Shown: in pieces, positions 19,129 through 27,036 of the stretch
Position numbering within the stretch: the stretch's first letter is position 1
Layout of the letters: every line of letters starts with the position of its first letter
From: an uncultured bacterium
GTDB lineage: Bacteria; Margulisbacteria; WOR-1; XYC2-FULL-46-14; WPAF01
Direction: 5' to 3'
Assembly: GCA_903930225.1 (NCBI GenBank)
Contig: CAIYXV010000096.1
Coordinates: 1 to 50,935, forward strand
DNA length: 50,935 nucleotides
Made by a program: the position numbers and the translations under genes
The notes under the pieces: model-generated
Seen by the model: the letters and a program-made list of their open reading frames with translations, nothing else
What the model was told of the DNA's origin: nothing
The model's database searches: none

Positions 19129-19135
19129 GAAAATT

Positions 19136-19222
19136 ATGCCCAGACAAAGAGAAAAAGAGATCGCCCGCCGGAGAAGAAGGAAGAAAAAATCTCTGAAGGC
19201 AAAGAAGAAAGCGCAGGCCTGA
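19136..19222 (+). CDS. Possible 28-aa highly basic micro-protein (MPRQREKEIARRRRRKKKSLKAKKKAQA)
   Basis: The ATG is preceded by aaaaggggga at SD distance, and the stop lies 8 nt before the thyX ATG. There is no homology support, and the ORF is too short for coding statistics. Confidence 0.25.
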   Translation: MPRQREKEIARRRRRKKKSLKAKKKAQA

Positions 19223-19229
19223 CCGCAAG

Positions 19230-20636
19230 ATGAAGATCATCCTGGCCGGCTATAACCTTGACTCCGAGGTTATCAATGGGCTTAAACGCGGAGAAAGCGC
19301 TAAGGACAACGTCACTCCGGAAGTGCTTTCCGCCTCCTATGCCCGCATCAGCCGCGATCCCCGCCCCATCGACGAATTGAGGGCGGCCGCCCGGCAGGAA
19401 GTGGAGAAAGCCCGCCGATCAAACCAGAATATCATCTTCAAGATGGGCCACCACTCCGTGGCCGAACACGCCGTCTTTAATTTTGACCTCATCGGCGTTT
19501 CCCGGCTCGCGTTCGAGGAGATCGAAAAATTCCGCCTCTGCTCCTACACCGAAAAATCCCAGCGCTATCAAACGCTTGAGGGTAACTACCTGGTCCCGGA
19601 AGAAATAGAGAACTCGGAATTTACCGATCTTTTCCGCGACACGGTCGATGAGCAGAACGCGGCTTACGCCCGTTTTGTGCAGAACGGGATCGAGCCCGAG
19701 GACGCGCGTTATCTCACCTGCCTGGCCACGCTCGGTCAGGTCGGACTAACGATTAACGCGCGGAACCTGGAGCTTTTGTTCCGCCGCTTCGCCTCCCACC
19801 CGCTGGCTGAAATAAATGAGATCGGGAGAGCCATGTTTGAGCAGATAAAACCGATCGCCCCCTCGATCATCCTTTTTACCGAACCGACCGCGCTTGATCG
19901 CGACACCTATCCTCAGCTGGGGCAGCTGGCCGGGAAAATATTGACCGGCCGTAAGAGCGGTCCAATAAAAGAAGTCTTGCTGGCCGATTATGTAAAGAAC
20001 GCCGACCTCAAGCTGATCGCGGCCCTGCTCCACACCGTCTCGGACCGGTCCTACGACCAATGCATTAAGGCGTCAAAGTCTTTAACTAAGAAAAAGAAAG
20101 AAGAAATAATAAAAACTTCGCTGCAAAATCTGGAATTCTACGATTCGACACTGCGTGAATTCGAATATCCCGATCTGACCTTCGAGCTTATCGTATCGGC
20201 CGCCTGCTTCGGCCAGCTCAAGCGGCACCGCATGGCGACGCTTACCTGCCAGGGATACGATCCGGAGCTGGGCCTCACCGTTCCGCCGGCGGTGGTCAAA
20301 GCAGGAATGGAAAAAGAATTCAAAAAAGTCGCCGAAAGGACCGGGAAAGCGTTCGAGACGATCAGGAAAAAGTTATCTCCGGCCGCCCCTTATATTTTGA
20401 CCAACTCTCACCGCCGGAGAGTGCTTTTTAAATGCAACGCCCGGGAGCTTTATCATATCTCCAGATTGAGGGAGGACGCGCACGCTCAGTGGGACATTCA
20501 GAAGATATCGAGGCAAATGGCGGACGCGGCCAAAAAAGTCATGCCGCTTACCTTAACGACCATCGGCGGAAAAGACCGCTACGGCGAAATATATAAAAGC
20601 GCGTTCGGTAAAGCTCCCAAAGTCTTGCCAATCTAA
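19230..20636 (+). CDS. thyX: FAD-dependent thymidylate synthase, tandem two-domain ThyX
   Basis: 468 aa, about twice the size of a normal ThyX. The first half has GHHSVAEH and ...KSQRY. The second half has QLKRHRMATL and ELYHISRLREDAHAQWDI (R-x-x-x-R...AQWEI-type motif). Confidence 0.7.
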   Translation: MKIILAGYNLDSEVINGLKRGESAKDNVTPEVLSASYARISRDPRPIDELRAAARQEVEKARRSNQNIIFKMGHHSVAEHAVFNFDLIGVSRLAFEEIEKFRLCSYTEKSQRYQTLEGNYLVPEEIENSEFTDLFRDTVDEQNAAYARFVQNGIEPEDARYLTCLATLGQVGLTINARNLELLFRRFASHPLAEINEIGRAMFEQIKPIAPSIILFTEPTALDRDTYPQLGQLAGKILTGRKSGPIKEVLLADYVKNADLKLIAALLHTVSDRSYDQCIKASKSLTKKKKEEIIKTSLQNLEFYDSTLREFEYPDLTFELIVSAACFGQLKRHRMATLTCQGYDPELGLTVPPAVVKAGMEKEFKKVAERTGKAFETIRKKLSPAAPYILTNSHRRRVLFKCNARELYHISRLREDAHAQWDIQKISRQMADAAKKVMPLTLTTIGGKDRYGEIYKSAFGKAPKVLPI

Positions 20637-20709
20637 GCAATCCGTGAGATAATAAAATATCGTTATCGGAAACTCCGACCATCTCCTGCTTGATAGGTCA
20701 AAGGAAATC

Positions 20710-21276
20710 ATGAAAACCAAATTTATTATAATCATTGTCATTGCGGCGGCGGTATTGGCAGGCACGGCTGTTTTAAAAATGTCCCGTACGCCCGGTTCCG
20801 CGTCCTCCCCACAGTTTTACGCGCGGCAGTTCATTGACCGGAAGGTCCAGGAGATCGCCGACCGCTACAGCAACGGGGATGTCATTGTGGTGAGCAAGAA
20901 GGACCACCTTCTATACTATTGCCATCGCGGACTGATCGTGAGAGACGACCAGTTCGGAGGTTTTGTGTTCAATTTCCCGGTCCCGGTATCGCTTGGGGTC
21001 AATAACCATTGGACGCCGGAGGGAGAGTTTAGGGTCTATACCAAGAACGCGCAAAGCCGGTTCACTCTTTTTCTGGGATTCTGCGGATTGTACGGGATCC
21101 ATGGCGCCGATACCCGGCTGGCCTCGAAGATCGATCATCTGGAAAGTCTTGATCCGGACCTGAAATATGTGACCAAAAAGGACAACACCCTGGGCTGCGT
21201 GGCGGTGGAAAACCGCGTCATCCGGTATCTTTTTGCCAAAGTTGATGTTAACACGCCCGTGTTGATCATGCGTTAA
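20710..21276 (+). CDS. L,D-transpeptidase (YkuD) family protein
   Basis: N-terminal TM/signal FIIIIVIAAAVLAGTAVL. The catalytic-type block is YGIHGA...NTLGCVAVEN (H-G...G-C). Confidence 0.6.
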   Translation: MKTKFIIIIVIAAAVLAGTAVLKMSRTPGSASSPQFYARQFIDRKVQEIADRYSNGDVIVVSKKDHLLYYCHRGLIVRDDQFGGFVFNFPVPVSLGVNNHWTPEGEFRVYTKNAQSRFTLFLGFCGLYGIHGADTRLASKIDHLESLDPDLKYVTKKDNTLGCVAVENRVIRYLFAKVDVNTPVLIMR

Positions 21277-21295
21277 TCTGCTATAATACGGCCTG

Positions 21296-22447
21296 ATGAA
21301 ACCGCAGGATAAATTCGCTTTCACAAAGCAGGAACTGCTGGATCGGATGATCTGGACCAATAATTTTCGACTTCTGCTTGGTATGGTCTTTTTTATCAAC
21401 TTCACGATCATGCTTTTCTTCAAGATCTATGTCAATTCCGGCTATGAAATCGCGCTCATGCTGGGGCTTTACTTTTTTGTCTACGCCATCCTGAGCCGAT
21501 ATTACCTGACCATGCAAATGGTCTTCAATCTCGGCGAGTTGATCTTCCTGTCCGGATTTCTCGCGATCCTCGACCTGCTGTTCGTCACCGGATTTGTCTA
21601 CTTTACCGGCGCCGCGGAAAGCCCCTACTTCGTGCTTTACCTGCTTAACCTGGCCGCCGTCATGATCGAATTCCCATATTTTCCCCAAAGCGTTTTTATC
21701 TGGTCGCTTTGCGCCACCGCGCTTTACGATTCGATCCTGTTCATGACCCTGATGGTCCATCCTCTTTTCACCGGGTTCATGCCCGGCAGCGAACGCGCCT
21801 GGCCGGTGGTGTACCGGCTGACGCTGATCAACGGGGTCGGTGTGCCTGCGATGTTCTTCTTTTTTTCCGGCGTCGCGTATTATATAACCGGATACGTGTC
21901 CAGGTTCCGGAAAAATTTCGAGAAGATGATCGTCAACGAATTGAGCGCGCAGGAAGAGATCGCGGCGCTCTCGAATATTTCCTGGATCTTAACCAAGGTG
22001 AACGATGTCAATTACATGCTGCAAAGGATCCTCGAAGAAACTTTCAAGGTCCTGCGAATAAGCTCGGGCGCCGTCCTGCTGATCGAGCCCAACAAGCACC
22101 ATTATACCGGCAAAGTGAGCATCTGTGTCCCATCCCCCCTCATGGATTATTTTTTTACCCACGACCCGAGCGCCAGGATCACCGATAAAGATCCCGGTTT
22201 GAAAAAGATCCTGGAACAGGAGAAAATACAAGAACACGTGATCAAGCCGATCATGAAACCCGGCGGCAAGCAGATCGGGAAGATCATATTCTTCGCCAGA
22301 AATAATGAAGGATTCAGCCAGCGCGGGCTGTTCCTGCTGGATTCGATCATAAACGAGCTTTCGATCTCGCTGTCTTACGCCATGTTCTGCGAAAGACTGC
22401 CGCTGATCGGCCGGAAGGGAAAACGTAAAAAATCAAATGGATCTTAA
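21296..22447 (+). CDS. Integral membrane protein with a C-terminal GAF-like domain and no recognisable output domain
   Basis: About six hydrophobic segments in the first 200 aa or so. A roughly 170-aa soluble tail follows (LQRILEETFKVLRISSGAVLLIEP...IGKIIFFARNNEGFSQRGLFLLDSIINELSISL) that looks like a GAF fold. Confidence 0.45.
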   Translation: MKPQDKFAFTKQELLDRMIWTNNFRLLLGMVFFINFTIMLFFKIYVNSGYEIALMLGLYFFVYAILSRYYLTMQMVFNLGELIFLSGFLAILDLLFVTGFVYFTGAAESPYFVLYLLNLAAVMIEFPYFPQSVFIWSLCATALYDSILFMTLMVHPLFTGFMPGSERAWPVVYRLTLINGVGVPAMFFFFSGVAYYITGYVSRFRKNFEKMIVNELSAQEEIAALSNISWILTKVNDVNYMLQRILEETFKVLRISSGAVLLIEPNKHHYTGKVSICVPSPLMDYFFTHDPSARITDKDPGLKKILEQEKIQEHVIKPIMKPGGKQIGKIIFFARNNEGFSQRGLFLLDSIINELSISLSYAMFCERLPLIGRKGKRKKSNGS

Positions 22448-23561
22448 AAAGCTCGCGGCCCGGCACGGAACCCCCCTGCTGATAATCGATCACGCCGTAA
22501 TAAAATGCCAGTATCGGAAACTGCGCGATCATTTACCGAGGGTCGGCCTTTATTTTGCCATCAAGGCCAATCCGGAGCCGCAGATCATTAAGACCCTGGC
22601 GGCAATGAACGCGGGTTATGACGTGGCTTCGCTTCAGGAATACCGGTCGGTCATCCATTCCGTCCCCGCAAGCGAAAAAAAGGACCTTAAGACCTTTATC
22701 TACGACCGGATCATATTGGCCAACACCATCAAACCGATCGACACTTTAAAGAAACTTTCGAACCATAGGCTGCTGGTCACGTTCGACAATTCGGAAGAAT
22801 TGAAAAAAATAAAAAAGTACTGCCCGGACGCGGGGCTGATCTGCCGGATAAAGGTTGCCAACGTCGGATCGGTGGTCGAGCTGTCGTCAAAGTTCGGCGT
22901 GGAGCCGGGCGATGCTACCCGCCTGATCGAATCCGCTTTTTCCTCCGGATTGACGGTGGAAGGATTGAGCTTTCACGTGGGCAGCCAGTGTCTAAACATC
23001 GACAATTACATCAACGCCCTCGAAGCGTCGGCGAGCATCTTTGAAGAGCTTAAGTCGCACGGACACGAGCTAAAGCTGCTCAACATCGGCGGAGGGTTTC
23101 CCGTGCCTTATGATAAGAATGCGCCGTCGTTTAAAAAGCTCGCGCGTAAATTGAACGGCGAGATCGACCGCCTTTTCCCAAAAAAGATCGAAGTGGTCGC
23201 GGAACCGGGAAGATTTCTGGTCGCGGAAGCGGGAACGCTGGTCGTCAGCATCGTGGGCAAATCCGTCCGGGACGGTAAAATGGTTTATTACATCGACGAC
23301 GGGGTCTATGGAACCCTTTCGGGCGTGGTGTTCGACCACATCCCCTACCATTTTAAATCGTTCAAGAAAGGCCCCGCCGCCATTTCCGCGGTGGTCGGAC
23401 CCACCTGCGACGCGTTTGACACTATTTCCACCGCCGAATCCCTTCCGGAGCTTGAGATCGGGGACCTGCTGTATGCCGAGAACATCGGCGCCTACAGCAA
23501 CGCCTCCGCTACCAATTTCAACGGTTTCCCTAAAGCCAAAATTTTGCATATCAACACCTGA
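22437..23561 (+). CDS. PLP-dependent group IV decarboxylase (Orn/Lys/DAP decarboxylase fold), probably ornithine decarboxylase
   Basis: PLP-lysine context YFAIKANP, followed by FHVGSQ, NIGGGFPV and EPGRFLV. It lies immediately upstream of homospermidine synthase. Confidence 0.7.
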   Translation: MDLKKLAARHGTPLLIIDHAVIKCQYRKLRDHLPRVGLYFAIKANPEPQIIKTLAAMNAGYDVASLQEYRSVIHSVPASEKKDLKTFIYDRIILANTIKPIDTLKKLSNHRLLVTFDNSEELKKIKKYCPDAGLICRIKVANVGSVVELSSKFGVEPGDATRLIESAFSSGLTVEGLSFHVGSQCLNIDNYINALEASASIFEELKSHGHELKLLNIGGGFPVPYDKNAPSFKKLARKLNGEIDRLFPKKIEVVAEPGRFLVAEAGTLVVSIVGKSVRDGKMVYYIDDGVYGTLSGVVFDHIPYHFKSFKKGPAAISAVVGPTCDAFDTISTAESLPELEIGDLLYAENIGAYSNASATNFNGFPKAKILHINT

Positions 23562-23598
23562 TTGTTATATAATATTTTCAGAGGGGGATTTTTTTAAA

Positions 23599-25047
23599 AT
23601 GAAAGTCAAATTCAACGGCAGGATACTGGTGATCGGCTGCGGCTATGTTTCAAGGTGCACGCTCCCACTTCTATTGAAGCATATTGATATGCCGGCGGAA
23701 AAAATAACCATAATGGATTTTGTGGACTTCCGGCCGTCGGTCAAAGATGTCCTTGACCGGGGCGTCAAATACGTTGTTGACCGCATAACGATCGATAACA
23801 TGGCTTCAAAATTAAAACAATATGTCGGCTCCGGAGATATGATAATCGACCTCGCCTGGAACATCGGCTGTCTCGATATTCTTGAGTGGTGCCATGACAA
23901 CAACGCGCTCTATATCAATACTTCGGTCGAGCTTTGGGACCCGTATGAAGGGGCCGAAGACAAAGACCCGACCGAAAGGACCCTCTATGTAAGGCACATG
24001 GCGATAAGAGAGATGATTAAGAAATGGAACAAGAAGGGAGCGACCGCCGTGCTTGAGCACGGGGCCAACCCCGGACTGGTCTCCCACTTCATAAAAGTTG
24101 CGCTGATCGATATCGCGAACAAGATCATCAAGGATATACCAAAGGATAAGCGCGTTCCATTGCTGAAAGAGAGCCTGAAAAATATGGATTTCGCCGGGCT
24201 CGCCCGCCTGACCGGAGTAAAAGTGATCCATATCAGCGAACGCGATACGCAGATCACGAGCCGTCCCAAAGAAGTGAACGAGTTCGTTAATACCTGGAGC
24301 GTTGAAGGCTTTCGCGAAGAAGGCGTGGCTCCGGCCGAAATGGGATGGGGAACGCACGAGCGGAAGCTTCCACCTGGCGCCCATTTCCATAAATACGGGC
24401 CGGGCAACCAGATCTGCCTTTCGCAAATGGGGATCAAAACCTGGGTCAGGTCATGGGTCCCGTGCGGCGAGATCACCGGCATGGTGGTCCGCCACGGCGA
24501 GTCTTTTACTATTTCCGACCATCTGACCGTTTGGGAAAACGGGAAACCGGCCTACCGCCCCACCGTCCACTACGCCTATTGTCCAGCCGATGTAGCCATC
24601 AATTCTTTGCACGAGCTCGAGATGCGCTGGTTTAACCTGCAACAAAACCAGCGAGTGCTGACGGATGAAATAATCAGCGGGCGCGACGAGCTTGGTGTTC
24701 TGCTGATGGGCCACGATTTCAATTCCTGGTGGACGGGAAGCCTGCTCGATATCGAAGAAACAAGGAAACTCGCTCCCCACCAGAACGCCACCACCCTGCA
24801 GGTCGCCTGCTCGGTTTTGGCCGCGGCCGTCTGGATGATAAACAACCCGGAACTGGGAATCTGCGTCCCCGACGATCTTCCCCACGAAGAGATATTAAAG
24901 TGGGCCAAGCCGTACCTGGGACCTTTCGTCTCGCAGCCGGCTGACTGGACGCCGCTTAAAAATCGCGTCGATCTTTACGAGAAATTCTCAAAACCCAGGC
25001 CGAATGACGTTGATGCCTGGCAATTCGAGAGTTTCCTGATCGGCTGA
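23599..25047 (+). CDS. hss: Homospermidine synthase (bacterial HSS, saccharopine-dehydrogenase-like)
   Basis: The N-terminal Rossmann motif ILVIGCGYVS is followed by EHGANPGLVSHFIK, ISERDTQ, VNTWSVEGF, GWGTHE, YRPTVHYAY, DELGVLLMGH and NATTLQV. These blocks match the bacterial HSS sequence as I remember it. The start was set at ATG 23599, after gaggggga. The upstream part of the track ORF overlaps the decarboxylase in another frame. Confidence 0.85.
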   Translation: MKVKFNGRILVIGCGYVSRCTLPLLLKHIDMPAEKITIMDFVDFRPSVKDVLDRGVKYVVDRITIDNMASKLKQYVGSGDMIIDLAWNIGCLDILEWCHDNNALYINTSVELWDPYEGAEDKDPTERTLYVRHMAIREMIKKWNKKGATAVLEHGANPGLVSHFIKVALIDIANKIIKDIPKDKRVPLLKESLKNMDFAGLARLTGVKVIHISERDTQITSRPKEVNEFVNTWSVEGFREEGVAPAEMGWGTHERKLPPGAHFHKYGPGNQICLSQMGIKTWVRSWVPCGEITGMVVRHGESFTISDHLTVWENGKPAYRPTVHYAYCPADVAINSLHELEMRWFNLQQNQRVLTDEIISGRDELGVLLMGHDFNSWWTGSLLDIEETRKLAPHQNATTLQVACSVLAAAVWMINNPELGICVPDDLPHEEILKWAKPYLGPFVSQPADWTPLKNRVDLYEKFSKPRPNDVDAWQFESFLIG

Positions 25048-25466
25048 TGATCACGATCAAAAAAGCGCGCCCGGAAGATCTGCCGGAAATACTCAAGGTA
25101 GAAGAACTCTCTTTTACCAATCCCTGGACCGAAGAACAGTTCAGCGGCTCCCTTCCCTATTTCAGCGTCGTCCGGTCGGACGACAAGGTAATAGGATTTA
25201 TCGGTGTGGAACCGATCGCCGATGAAGCGCATATACTGCACATGGCCGTGCATCCGGATTTTAGGCGCAGGGGTGTCGCAAGAAAGCTGATGGAGTTTGC
25301 CCTCTCCTACCCCGCGAAAAAATGGTTCCTCGAGGTGCGGGCAATGAACCACGCGGCGCAAAAGCTCTACGAAAGCTACGGCTTTGAGGTCATTTCCAGA
25401 AGGAACAAATACTATCAGGATAACGATGAGGACGCGCTGATCATGGCCTATCAGAGGCCGAACTGA
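25047..25466 (+). CDS. rimI: GNAT N-acetyltransferase, RimI-like (ribosomal-protein-alanine acetyltransferase)
   Basis: 139 aa. IKKARPEDLPEILKVEELSFTNPWTEEQF and the acetyl-CoA motif RRRGVARKLM. TGATG overlap with hss. Confidence 0.7.
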   Translation: MITIKKARPEDLPEILKVEELSFTNPWTEEQFSGSLPYFSVVRSDDKVIGFIGVEPIADEAHILHMAVHPDFRRRGVARKLMEFALSYPAKKWFLEVRAMNHAAQKLYESYGFEVISRRNKYYQDNDEDALIMAYQRPN

Positions 25467-26389
25467 TTTTTCAGTCTCCTTACGAATTCGGTTTGCTGCG
25501 GTGTCAGTTCGAAATGCGACAACCTCTCGTTTATCTCTCTTTTTTGGTTCCGGTATTCGTTCATCAGGGAGTTCGGCACCAGGCCGAGCGCCCCGATCGA
25601 GTTGCGGGAAAAGGCCTTTATTTTGTTGGCCTGATAGATCGAAGCGAAATACTCGTGAATATCGTTCTTACCTAACAGTTTTTCCCTTCCGAATTCGTCA
25701 AGATAGCTTTCTGCGATCATCCTCCCTAAAAGATAGCTCAAGCCGCCGATCCAGTAGCATTTCGCCCGGAAACGCTCGTCTTCGCTAAGGCCCGTCCCGT
25801 GGAACATCTCCCCATTATAGGCGTATGGATTGAAGAACATGGTTTTCGGACAATCATTCTCCAGATCACAGCGGACCTCGTCGGTTTTGATACCCGCAAA
25901 AAAATCTTTGATGTCCCGGGGAGACGCACCGGTCATGGAAAGGTCAAAACCGGGAGGTGACAATCGGTCCCACTGCCCCCCCGGAAGCAGACACACCCGC
26001 CGGACGAAACCTTCGAATTCGCGACTGAAATCCTCTCCCGCCATCAGCATCGTCGTTCTTATATCTTCCGGTAATTCGCCACTTCTTACGAACAGGGCTC
26101 CCGCCGGACCGGCCGGAGGAAGCATCATATCGTCAATTGTTGCGCCGTTGACCCAAAGCGGGAGCGTTACCGAAGCGAAGTCGTTCCGATTAAGTTCGGA
26201 CATGGCGACTAGAGTCGATCGGTCCATCATCAGCTGGACCTCTCGTCCGGCGACCAGATACCCCAATGAACGCGCCGGTACCGGGATATTGCGGTCAGCG
26301 TAACGCTCCGAAAGCTGCTGACGCCCCAGCCGGAAGTTCAGATGCCCTATATAGCTCGCCGATTGAAAAACGCCTGTGATCCTTAACAT
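25451..26389 (-). CDS. Hypothetical protein, 312 aa, no domain recognised
   Basis: A long ORF with codon usage similar to its neighbours. No signal peptide, TM segment or catalytic motif that I can name. The 3' end overlaps rimI convergently by 16 nt. Confidence 0.6.
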   Translation of the reverse strand: MLRITGVFQSASYIGHLNFRLGRQQLSERYADRNIPVPARSLGYLVAGREVQLMMDRSTLVAMSELNRNDFASVTLPLWVNGATIDDMMLPPAGPAGALFVRSGELPEDIRTTMLMAGEDFSREFEGFVRRVCLLPGGQWDRLSPPGFDLSMTGASPRDIKDFFAGIKTDEVRCDLENDCPKTMFFNPYAYNGEMFHGTGLSEDERFRAKCYWIGGLSYLLGRMIAESYLDEFGREKLLGKNDIHEYFASIYQANKIKAFSRNSIGALGLVPNSLMNEYRNQKREINERLSHFELTPQQTEFVRRLKNQFGL

Positions 26390-26530
26390 TTGTATTTACG
26401 CCTTTGTATTCATTGTGTTGCCGGCATCTCTATATCAGCCATATATTAAAGTTAATTTCAGGCCATAATTAAAGTCCATGCCCCGCGCCGGATTTCACTT
26501 TTTTCTGGAAAAATGATAAAATGGCCAATC

Positions 26531-27016
26531 ATGAGAGGCAAGGCATGGAAATTCGGGAATAATATCGATACCGACTTGATCATCCCGGCGCGGTACCTTA
26601 ACACGCATGATCCAGTAGAACTGGCCAGGCACTGCATGGAAGATGCCGACCCGAATTGGATCAAAAAGACCGGCAAGGGTGATTTTATCGTGGGCGGGGA
26701 TAATTTCGGCTGCGGATCATCGCGCGAACACGCTCCGATCGCGATCAAAGCGGCCGGGGTCTCGGCGGTGATCGCCAGGTCATTCGCCCGCATTTTTTAC
26801 CGCAACGCCATCAACATCGGCCTGCCGATACTTGAATCTGCGAAGGCGGCGGAAGAGATAAAAGAAGGCGATCAGATAGAAGTGGAACTGGCTTCCGGAA
26901 CGATCAGAGACCTGACCACCGGAAAAAGCTATCAAGCCCAGCCGTTCCCGGAATTCATGCAGAAGATCATCGACGCCGGCGGGCTGATCGGCTATTTAAA
27001 AGCAAAGACTGCTTAA
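26531..27016 (+). CDS. leuD: 3-isopropylmalate / (R)-citramalate isomerase small subunit (LeuD, short type)
   Basis: MRGKAWKFGNNIDTDLIIPARYL plus GDNFGCGSSREHA is the aconitase swivel-domain signature. I prefer ATG 26531 over ATG 26513. Confidence 0.8.
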   Translation: MRGKAWKFGNNIDTDLIIPARYLNTHDPVELARHCMEDADPNWIKKTGKGDFIVGGDNFGCGSSREHAPIAIKAAGVSAVIARSFARIFYRNAINIGLPILESAKAAEEIKEGDQIEVELASGTIRDLTTGKSYQAQPFPEFMQKIIDAGGLIGYLKAKTA

Positions 27017-27036
27017 CCCCGATTTGATCAAAACCC

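Noticed and set aside
19019-19240. 73-aa minus-strand ORF across the MBL-thyX spacer.
   Set aside because: It is a translation of the palindromic repeat (PQGEGEPPLSLSSPLS...). The region is better explained as a repeat element plus the thyX upstream region.
23308-23598. 97-codon N-terminal extension of the homospermidine synthase ORF (the track lists 579 aa).
   Set aside because: The extension overlaps the 3' end of the decarboxylase gene in another frame and is Pro/Ser/Arg-rich. The HSS Rossmann motif begins right after ATG 23599, which has an SD.
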